This document shows, one piece after another, positions 57,175 through 64,000 of a DNA stretch of 64,000 nt; position 1 is the first letter of the stretch, and every line of letters starts with the position of its first letter. A model generated the notes under the pieces. It worked only from the letters and a program-made list of their open reading frames with translations. It did not search any database and was not told the origin of the DNA. The stretch is from Blastocatellia bacterium. GTDB taxonomy: Bacteria; Acidobacteriota; Blastocatellia; UBA7656. The DNA is taken from the NCBI GenBank assembly GCA_963765495.1, contig CAVXWP010000001.1:462628-526627 (forward strand), in the 5' to 3' direction. Made by a program: the position numbers and the translations under genes.

Positions 57175-57612
57175 GTGGAGAATAGAGACTCTACAACTAT
57201 AAGAGCCGGAGTAACCGACCTGGCGGTGGCGGGCAAGATTCTTATCATCGAGGACAACACCGATTCCCGCGACATTCTATCAAAGCTGTTGAGGATGAGC
57301 GGGTACGATGTCGTTGCGGCATCTGATGGTGAAATCGGGCTGGCACGAGCAGCGGAGTATCTGCCAAACCTGATTGTCACCGACATCAATATGCCCAAAA
57401 TGGATGGAATCGAGTTTGTCAAAAAGGTGCGGCAGGACTCGCTGATGGCTCACATCCCCATTCTTGTAGTGACCGCGTTTGGTTCGAACGTGGCTCGCGA
57501 AGCGATCAAGGCCGGGGCCGATGCGGCAGCCGAAAAACCTTTTGACTTCGACAAATTTCTCTCTACTGTAAACAACCTTATCACACGCGGACGCACGGCT
57601 TCCCGCAATTGA
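57175..57612 (+). CDS. Stand-alone response-regulator receiver (CheY-like) protein
   Basis: KILIIEDNTDSRD..., LIVTDINMPKMDG (phospho-acceptor Asp context), no output domain. Confidence 0.75.
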   Translation: MENRDSTTIRAGVTDLAVAGKILIIEDNTDSRDILSKLLRMSGYDVVAASDGEIGLARAAEYLPNLIVTDINMPKMDGIEFVKKVRQDSLMAHIPILVVTAFGSNVAREAIKAGADAAAEKPFDFDKFLSTVNNLITRGRTASRN

Positions 57613-57628
57613 ATTGCGCCAATCCGCC

Positions 57629-58246
57629 TCACTGATTTACCCGTGAACTGATCTCCTGCACGCGCGCCAGCATGTCATAAAATATAGGCGAGGCTCCTTT
57701 ATCTCCGCGTCTGAAGCCCCCTGCGTCTGCTGTAATCTGATCGGTCGAGTTCTTGATCGTGACATAGAAATGGCTCTCTTTGGCGGACTTCATGACATCG
57801 ACTACGAATCTGGGCGCCTGTTTATCAAAAAAGCGCGTGATCATAGGTTTGTCCTTGCCCACGGCCTCTTCGGTCTGAGCGAATTTCTTGGCCTCGTTCA
57901 TGATGGCTTCGAAAATGAGCACATGTTGAAGCAGGTATGTGCCCGAAAGGACCAGCCCGTCCTCATTTTTCATGAGAATGGTGAACCGTTTTGTAGACTG
58001 AGGGACGTTAGAGATGTAAAAACTCGTTCCCTCGGCGCTGACAGTCTTATCTTTGCTGTGTTTTTTGGCCTCCATCCGCATCGTCGATATTTCGGCGGCG
58101 GACGGGTCTCTGGGCACACCCTTTTCGACCTTCGGCCTCGGCTGTTTTTGAGCAGGGTCGTATGACTTCTGGCCCAATGACGTTATTGGCGCTAAGACGA
58201 TCAACAGCGCCAGGCTCAGGAATTTTTTAACCATATCAAACTTCAT
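57629..58246 (-). CDS. Secreted hypothetical protein
   Basis: Signal peptide (KKFLSLALLIVLAPITSLG) on a 205-aa ORFan. Confidence 0.5.
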   Translation of the reverse strand: MKFDMVKKFLSLALLIVLAPITSLGQKSYDPAQKQPRPKVEKGVPRDPSAAEISTMRMEAKKHSKDKTVSAEGTSFYISNVPQSTKRFTILMKNEDGLVLSGTYLLQHVLIFEAIMNEAKKFAQTEEAVGKDKPMITRFFDKQAPRFVVDVMKSAKESHFYVTIKNSTDQITADAGGFRRGDKGASPIFYDMLARVQEISSRVNQ

Positions 58247-58381
58247 AAACTTACCTCAGGAATTGCAACACCCTTTACTAACGCGCCGATTGGCGAAGGG
58301 TTGCATTTTCAGGCGGGCGCAAGGCGGAAAGATTTGAACCCCGATTGACTGCCCAACTGCTCATTAAAAAAACGAAGCCGA

Positions 58382-59380
58382 TCATTTGGCTTCAAGTACC
58401 TCATTGCCCGCAGGCAATGACTCTTTCCTGCTCCCCTGCAACATATATATTATTGCGCCGGGCAGGCTCGTCACTAAAAGTACGCCAAGCCACAGGAAGG
58501 CCAGCGCCGAAGACAACTCTGCCGGTCGGGACGAGTCCACGACAACCTGCGAGAAGAAGAATATGTAAGAGAATTCGCGCCATCCCATCCCGTTTACAGA
58601 AACAGGCATCATGCTTATCAGGCCGATTGCCGGGATGAATACTACGTAATCCATCCAACCGTGCGTCGTGTGCATGCCTATGGATTCAGCCGTTAGCATA
58701 TTGACCACCGAGCAGCCGAATTGCACTATCAGAGACAATATCATCACGACCGCAATCAGCTTCCACTTGCCCCGGTAGGAATTGACCGACTGAAACAATC
58801 GCTCGACCTTCTGGTCGGCCTCTTTCATTTTGAACAGGGCAAGCAATTTGTGGAGCAGGTTGTAGGTAGGGCGGTAAAAGAGCGCCAGATTCGCTCCGGC
58901 GAATGCCAGACCGATCAGGACGAAGATCGGAGCCAGCAGAATCCCTTTTATCGCGGTCCCGGCAATTGCCGCAACTACGGTGGCCATCAAAAGCAGGGCC
59001 GTCATTCCAAAATCTCTGTCGAGAAAAACCGAGGTCGTTGATCGCCCGAGTTTGCCCGTCTCTTTGTTGAGATAATAGACGCGGAACACATCCCCGCCTA
59101 TACCGGTCGGCATAAAGTTGTTGAAAAACATTCCGAGAAGGTAAAACCGCAGAAGCTTGCCGTAGCCGATTTCTATGCCGAGAGGTTGCAGCAGCAGATA
59201 CCACCGATATGCGCTCAACCCCTGTATAAGGAAATATACCAGGATCGCCAGACCGAAATAGGTTATGCTGGCATCTTGCAGGATGGTCTTCAGATGGCCA
59301 ATATCAATCTTTCTGAATATGTATACGTAAAGGCCGAGGCTCACCGCGATCTTTAACGCTGTTATTGCAGTCTTCTTCAT
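58382..59380 (-). CDS. Flippase-like / lysylphosphatidylglycerol-synthase-TM-domain family membrane protein
   Basis: Polytopic, with NNFMPTGIGGDVFRVYYL characteristic of the UPF0104/TIGR00374 family. It overlaps the upstream GT39 gene by 4 nt. Confidence 0.65.
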   Translation of the reverse strand: MKKTAITALKIAVSLGLYVYIFRKIDIGHLKTILQDASITYFGLAILVYFLIQGLSAYRWYLLLQPLGIEIGYGKLLRFYLLGMFFNNFMPTGIGGDVFRVYYLNKETGKLGRSTTSVFLDRDFGMTALLLMATVVAAIAGTAIKGILLAPIFVLIGLAFAGANLALFYRPTYNLLHKLLALFKMKEADQKVERLFQSVNSYRGKWKLIAVVMILSLIVQFGCSVVNMLTAESIGMHTTHGWMDYVVFIPAIGLISMMPVSVNGMGWREFSYIFFFSQVVVDSSRPAELSSALAFLWLGVLLVTSLPGAIIYMLQGSRKESLPAGNEVLEAK

Positions 59381-61068
59381 TCCGAGCCTGTTTGTCTGCT
59401 CCTGTTCGATATTAGCACTACTTGAGGGGTTTCACCTCGATCAAGAAGGCCCCTCAACTTTAATCGAAAAACCGGCCTGCTTGCAAGAATTATTGTTGGA
59501 ACGGAAAGCGATTGCTCGACCTCTCGATAATCTTCCTCCGTCATCAAACAGTAAACATCTTTGCCGGAAGAAAAGATGTTTTTCAGGTCTTGAAGTTCAT
59601 ATTCTTCGAAAACGGGTCTCCGTAGATAGAACACCATGCTCGGCGATGCGAATCTGTAATATCCAACCAGGGCATCAGCGCCCGCCTTTTCGCCTATGAT
59701 TTCCGACAGCGCCCGCGCGGGTTTGTAGCGTTCGAAATCCGGCAGCGTCCACAGCACAAAGACCCAGTTGACTGCAATTATCGGTATAATTGTCCACACG
59801 ACGCATGCAAAATCCCTGCGGCGCAAAGCCGTAAAGACGGCAAAGGCCCCACCCGCAAGCGCGATGACGCCAATAGCCGTGGCCCCGGCCAGATAGTAGT
59901 CTCTTATCAAATAGCCAAACAGATAAAGAATCGCCGCGCCGCCCATTGCTGTCAGAACGCCTATCGCAACCATAATCCACCGGGTCAATCGAGGAGCGGG
60001 ACGCCCGTCACCCGGCTCTGTAAATCGAGCCAGCAGGCAACCCACTATCGCGGCAGCCGCCGGATAGATCGGAAGGATATAGAGGTCTTCCTTGTTGCTT
60101 GAAATCGAGAAGAATATAACTATCACCGCTATCCAGATCAGGAGGAGCAACCGCGTATCCGGCCTCTTTTCATCGACGGTTTGCTCGCGCCTTTTGAGAC
60201 GAAAGCGCGCCGCAAGCCATACGGCCACAGGCAATAAGATTGACCACGGAAACATGTCGCCAAGTATGACGGGCAGATAGAAGAATAAGCTCCGGCGCGG
60301 CCCCCACACAGGCTCGGTGTAGCGCGAAAGATTGTCTTTTAGAAGAAATGTCTTGATATAGAGCCATCCGTGCTCAGAATAAACGGTCGCGTACCACGGC
60401 AGCACGATTGCCGTGACTATGACCAGTCCTGCGGGCAGCATCACACGTCTGATTCTGCTCAGATCGCCTGTAACGGCAAGATATATAAAAAAGGCCAGGG
60501 CGGGCAGGACGACGGCTACAGGCCCTTTGGTTAAAATGCCAAACCCAACCGCCGCATACATCAATGCCAGATAAAGCCGTCTTCGATGGGGGCGGTTTTC
60601 GGCCAGAACAAAAAAGAGCAGCGCGAGACCCATGAACATGGCCAGATACACGTCAATCATTATCCGGCGTGAAAACATCAGAAAGCGCGGAGAGGCCCCA
60701 AGCGCAAGGGCCGCAAACAATCCCGCTTCGATTGAGAGCATAAGACGACCGAGCGCAAAAGCGGTCGCTATCATGGTCAGTGCGCCAATCATTATCGCGA
60801 AACGCTCGGTCGTTTCCGAAACACCGAAGAGATGATAGAAGGCAGCTACTATCCAGTAAGAGAGCGGCGGCTTGTTGAATCGGGGCTGATAGTTGAACGT
60901 AGGGTTTATATAGTCGGAGGCTTCGATCATCTCGCGGGGGGTCTCGGCATAAAAGGCTTCGTTTGAGTCCCAGAGCGAGGACGCGCCCAGATTGACGAAA
61001 TAAGGGGTCAGGGCCAGGGCCACGAGGAGGGCAAGTGCGAGCCGCCTGTCGGCAAATAAGGTCTTCAT
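59377..61068 (-). CDS. ArnT/PMT-like glycosyltransferase family 39 membrane protein
   Basis: Polytopic, with ...PRFNKPPLSYWIVAAFYHLFG... loop motifs typical of the 4-amino-arabinose / dolichyl-phosphate-mannose transferase family. Start taken at the internal ATG (MKTLFAD...). Confidence 0.6.
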   Translation of the reverse strand: MKTLFADRRLALALLVALALTPYFVNLGASSLWDSNEAFYAETPREMIEASDYINPTFNYQPRFNKPPLSYWIVAAFYHLFGVSETTERFAIMIGALTMIATAFALGRLMLSIEAGLFAALALGASPRFLMFSRRIMIDVYLAMFMGLALLFFVLAENRPHRRRLYLALMYAAVGFGILTKGPVAVVLPALAFFIYLAVTGDLSRIRRVMLPAGLVIVTAIVLPWYATVYSEHGWLYIKTFLLKDNLSRYTEPVWGPRRSLFFYLPVILGDMFPWSILLPVAVWLAARFRLKRREQTVDEKRPDTRLLLLIWIAVIVIFFSISSNKEDLYILPIYPAAAAIVGCLLARFTEPGDGRPAPRLTRWIMVAIGVLTAMGGAAILYLFGYLIRDYYLAGATAIGVIALAGGAFAVFTALRRRDFACVVWTIIPIIAVNWVFVLWTLPDFERYKPARALSEIIGEKAGADALVGYYRFASPSMVFYLRRPVFEEYELQDLKNIFSSGKDVYCLMTEEDYREVEQSLSVPTIILASRPVFRLKLRGLLDRGETPQVVLISNRSRQTGSE

Positions 61069-61296
61069 CAACAAGGAAAGCTTACTATCACAGCCCGCCT
61101 TTGCCCGCAAGAGCGGCAGGACGACAATCTTCGCCGCGCGATATTCCCTGCAATATTCTCTGCAATATTCTCTACTCGCGCTTGCCCGCTATATAGATAC
61201 GGCCCGGGCTCATTACCCCGCTCTCCGATGGTCGGCAGACATATTCACCGCTCCTGTGCTAAATTTGCCTACCCGATCACACTGGAGGAAAAAACA

Positions 61297-62124
61297 ATGA
61301 TCCGAATGATATTTTCATCTCTTTTTCTAATGGCAATCGCCTGTCTGTCGGCCTCGGCCCAAACTGCCGATATCGTTAGCACGCGCGATATGAGCGACAT
61401 CAACTGGATGGAGTTCAGAGACGTGGTTCCGACAAAGATAAATACCGTGATACTGCCCACAGGCACGCTTGAGCCGCACGGCGTAATCAATAACGGTGCC
61501 GACATCACCGCGCCTGTGGCGATGGCGCACAAAATGGCCCGCGAAGTAAACGCGCTTGTCGCGCCTGTCATTCCCTACGGGATCACGGGCAGCATGGATG
61601 CCTATCCGGGCGCGTTCTCGATTTCCGAATCCGCTTATCGCGCATACGTGACCGACGTGATGACGGGGCTGGCTAAGAACGGGTTTCGCAACATCGTTGT
61701 GCTGAACGGGCACGGCGGCCCGCAGACAGCCGTGCTCACACAGGTAGCGATGTCCATAGGACAGGAAAAGCGCGTGCGAACGCTCGTTATCAACTGGTGG
61801 AGTTTTGCCTCTGATGTGACGCTTTCGGTCTTTGGAGAAGACGGCGGCCACGCCGGGTGGAACGAGACAGCCGCCATTCAGGCGGTTGACCCCAGGCTTG
61901 TGCACCCGGAGAGGTATTCCGACGAACTGGCTACACCCTATCCTGCGCCCGGCACCTATACGGCATACCCTTCACCCTCTTCAATCGGGCTGTACAAGGA
62001 GGGCCAGGGCTACCCCAAATTCGATCAAAAGAAAGCGGATGAATACTTTTCAAAAGTGACGGAGAAAGTCGCGCGTCTTATCATAGATACCCGGCGAAAG
62101 TGGGACCTGGCAGGAGTCAATTGA
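61297..62124 (+). CDS. Creatininase-family amidohydrolase with N-terminal signal peptide
   Basis: ILPTGTLEPHGVINNGADI and VVLNGHGGPQ metal-binding motifs of the creatininase family. The signal peptide is unusual for this family. RBS GGAGGA. Confidence 0.65.
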   Translation: MIRMIFSSLFLMAIACLSASAQTADIVSTRDMSDINWMEFRDVVPTKINTVILPTGTLEPHGVINNGADITAPVAMAHKMAREVNALVAPVIPYGITGSMDAYPGAFSISESAYRAYVTDVMTGLAKNGFRNIVVLNGHGGPQTAVLTQVAMSIGQEKRVRTLVINWWSFASDVTLSVFGEDGGHAGWNETAAIQAVDPRLVHPERYSDELATPYPAPGTYTAYPSPSSIGLYKEGQGYPKFDQKKADEYFSKVTEKVARLIIDTRRKWDLAGVN

Positions 62125-62214
62125 GATTTGAGATTTGAAGCGCGAGAGCGAATTTCAGAATGCTTGAATGAGTCAGCCTTTACGTATCGAATCTCGAATC
62201 TCAAATTCTATCCG
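62125..62214. repeat. Family E palindromic element (gagatttgagatttgaag ... cgaatctcgaatctcaaattc)
   Basis: A roughly 90-bp inverted repeat between convergent genes, sharing the heptamer with the cofG 5' tandem. Confidence 0.75.
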
Positions 62215-63318
62215 TCAGTACCAGCGCGCAGATGTTGATAATACCGTAAGATCGCGGTCAAGCGTTACGTTCATCTGAAGCGGGAACCGCAGATCGCGCA
62301 GCAGGAGCGTGTAGCCTGCATCGGTCTCTTCTACCGTGGCTGAGGTGAAACGAGCGAAGTTCAAAAACCGGCGCGTATCGTTTGACTGGCGAAGCGCCTC
62401 CAGGAATCGAGGCTCGATCCTGGGGGCTTCGCGCCATCGGGTATTTTTTTGTATGAGGTCCACTTCGCCTGAATAAACGAGCGTGTCTGTGACGGCGACC
62501 GACCCCCATGCGGGAGGGTAAGCGGGTACGGGCCACGCGGCCAGAGTGTAAGAGTTTTCGACCGGCGGATTTTGCCTGGCCTGTTGCAAAGCGGATTGAT
62601 GCGCCAGCCACATCCCCGCGTAATAGACACCCAGAAACAGAAGCGAATAGCGCGCAAGCCTGTTGCCCGCGCGACCCCATCCTAGCACGGACCCGGCTAT
62701 GATTATCGCAAGACCGACAAACCAGACGACGCGCGCACTTACGGGAATGGCCGCCATTCCGTATTGCGGCTGGCGAAAAGCGAGCGCGACTACAAGCGAC
62801 GCGGCTACGGCCAAGACAAGCCAGAATACTATTCGCAAACCGTCTTTTGCCGTCAGCCACACGACGGCTGACCCGAGTATGAGCCATATCCACGGATCGG
62901 CGACAAAGATCGTATCGCCGTAAAACCAGCGATTGCTAAAGGGCAGAAGCGGGCGCACCCCGTAGTTGTTCGTGAAATCCATGAAGAGGTGTCCAAGGCC
63001 CCCAAGCAGCGCTAACCAGAATATCCTCATGGGTCTGACCGGCCTTCGAAACAGATCGCGGCGCAAGCGGAACCTGCGGTTTAGATATACCAGAGCGAGC
63101 GTCAATAACCCTGCCAGCAGCGCAAGACCTATAAACGAATGCGTGAATCCGCGATGATGCTCCAGATAAGAGAGCGTGTCGCTCCAGATCGCTGTCAGCG
63201 CATCTATGTCAGGAAGATTTGATGAGATAACGAGTGTCGTAGTGGCAAGCGGGGTTGCGCGTTCGAGCCCGGCCTTTGCCAGACCAAGCCCGAGAAGTGT
63301 GTGGCTGAGGTTTTCCAT
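62215..63318 (-). CDS. Membrane-bound metal-dependent hydrolase (YdjM/DUF457-like) with C-terminal extension
   Basis: N-terminus ...LGLGLAKAGL...SNLPDIDAL...HRGFTHS carries the His/Asp ligands of the family. About 5 TM helices and a 150-aa soluble C-domain. Confidence 0.55.
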   Translation of the reverse strand: MENLSHTLLGLGLAKAGLERATPLATTTLVISSNLPDIDALTAIWSDTLSYLEHHRGFTHSFIGLALLAGLLTLALVYLNRRFRLRRDLFRRPVRPMRIFWLALLGGLGHLFMDFTNNYGVRPLLPFSNRWFYGDTIFVADPWIWLILGSAVVWLTAKDGLRIVFWLVLAVAASLVVALAFRQPQYGMAAIPVSARVVWFVGLAIIIAGSVLGWGRAGNRLARYSLLFLGVYYAGMWLAHQSALQQARQNPPVENSYTLAAWPVPAYPPAWGSVAVTDTLVYSGEVDLIQKNTRWREAPRIEPRFLEALRQSNDTRRFLNFARFTSATVEETDAGYTLLLRDLRFPLQMNVTLDRDLTVLSTSARWY

Positions 63319-63402
63319 CTGAGATTGGCTGGCCTACCATAAGATGAAAGAGCGGTCGGTGACGGTGTTATACGTTACCGACCGCCAGCCTTTGCCGGAT
63401 GA

Positions 63403-64000
63403 CTAACGAATACCTGATATCGTTCCGGAATCGGGCGGGGGCAGGTCTTTGACCCGTTCAGGCGCGACGACTGCGAGCCGCTTCTCGGCTTCTCCGCCCT
63501 GGCCCGTTGCGCGCTCGGCCTTTGCCGCCTCGAAATAGGCGTCTCCGGCCTTTTGCTTGTCTCCCGCCCTTTCATAGGCGAGTCCCAAACCTCGCTGAAC
63601 ACCCGCGTTCGGGACATTTGTGGATGTGAGCAATTTTTCGTAGAGCGGTATAGCCTTATCGGTTTCGCCTGCCGCCGCGTAGCTTTCGGCGAGCGCCATA
63701 CGCGCCAGATCCGATGTCGGCTGGCTTTCGTCTTTTATAGCCTGCTCAAGCAACTGTCTGCCACGGTCGCGGTCCAGATGAAGATATGAGACTCCCGCGT
63801 AATAGCGCCCGATTGTGCCGTAAAAGCTTGGATAGTTTTTAGACAACGCCTCAAACGCATCGGCTGACTCCTGCCATTTCGTCTTTTCGTCGGTGTAGGT
63901 CTTTCCCGTTTGAGGGGTGCTGTCGGTCGTCGTCGAATCGAGGACAGGCGCTTTGTACTTATCGAATGCCTCGGCGAAGGCCGTAGCCGCTTTCGAATCT
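63403..64000 (-). CDS. TPR-repeat periplasmic protein (YbgF/Tol-Pal-like; 5' end outside the window)
   Basis: The reading frame stays open to the window edge (...DEKTKWQESADAFEALSKNYPSFYG...), with TPR-like helices (AESYAAAGETDKAIPLYEKLL). Confidence 0.55.
   Translation of the reverse strand, partial: DSKAATAFAEAFDKYKAPVLDSTTTDSTPQTGKTYTDEKTKWQESADAFEALSKNYPSFYGTIGRYYAGVSYLHLDRDRGRQLLEQAIKDESQPTSDLARMALAESYAAAGETDKAIPLYEKLLTSTNVPNAGVQRGLGLAYERAGDKQKAGDAYFEAAKAERATGQGGEAEKRLAVVAPERVKDLPPPDSGTISGIR

Overview
The window is a GC-rich (about 60%) bacterial chromosomal segment with high coding density. Its gene content fits an Acidobacteriota-like organism: TonB-dependent receptors with CarboxypepD_reg N-domains, sigma-54 activators, many TPR/HEAT proteins, a Hanks-type kinase and large secreted subtilases. 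This phylum assignment is inferred from gene content only.

Gene order along the window:
- 1-5.4 kb: phosphate transport and regulation genes pstC (5' partial), pstA, pstB, phoU, an OmpR-family response regulator and a histidine kinase.
- 5.7-8.7 kb: a Ser/Thr kinase with HEAT repeats, then a ROK sugar kinase.
- 8.76-11.2 kb: a low-GC islet of three ORFans, including a Cys-rich secreted peptide.
- 11.2-18.2 kb: an S8 subtilase, a GAF sigma-54 activator, a secreted tandem-domain protein and a B12-type radical SAM enzyme.
- 18.3-22.2 kb: one 1313-aa TPR protein.
- 22.5-25.8 kb: a LysR regulator divergent from a GH42 beta-galactosidase.
- 26.0-30.3 kb: an F420 locus (LLM oxidoreductase, PPOX, cofG, PPOX, cofH).
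- 30.6-34.3 kb: NfeD, flotillin, a CGNR zinc-finger protein and a DinB-family protein.
- 34.3-36.4 kb: an SCO copper chaperone and two paralogous secreted proteins.
- 36.6-45.5 kb: a nickel uptake locus (nikR, TonB receptor, nikMN, nikQ, nikO), a secreted ORFan and a second TonB receptor.
- 46.3-52.8 kb: polA and a 1127-aa secreted S8 peptidase.
- 53.4-64 kb: a fused MFS/spermidine-synthase-like protein, an ORFan, an orphan receiver, a lipid/glycan-modification-like group (flippase-like, ArnT-like GT39), a signal-peptide creatininase-family protein, a YdjM-like hydrolase and a partial TPR gene.

The main structure not explained by genes is at least five families of short palindromic, MITE/REP-like intergenic repeats, mostly at gene ends. 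Two of them sit inside the pst-phoU operon. There is also a candidate NikR operator palindrome and a possible sRNA plus terminator in a 450-bp AT-rich spacer. I could not recognise a complete, clearly novel multi-gene system. The best candidates are the low-GC ORFan islet and the repeat families.
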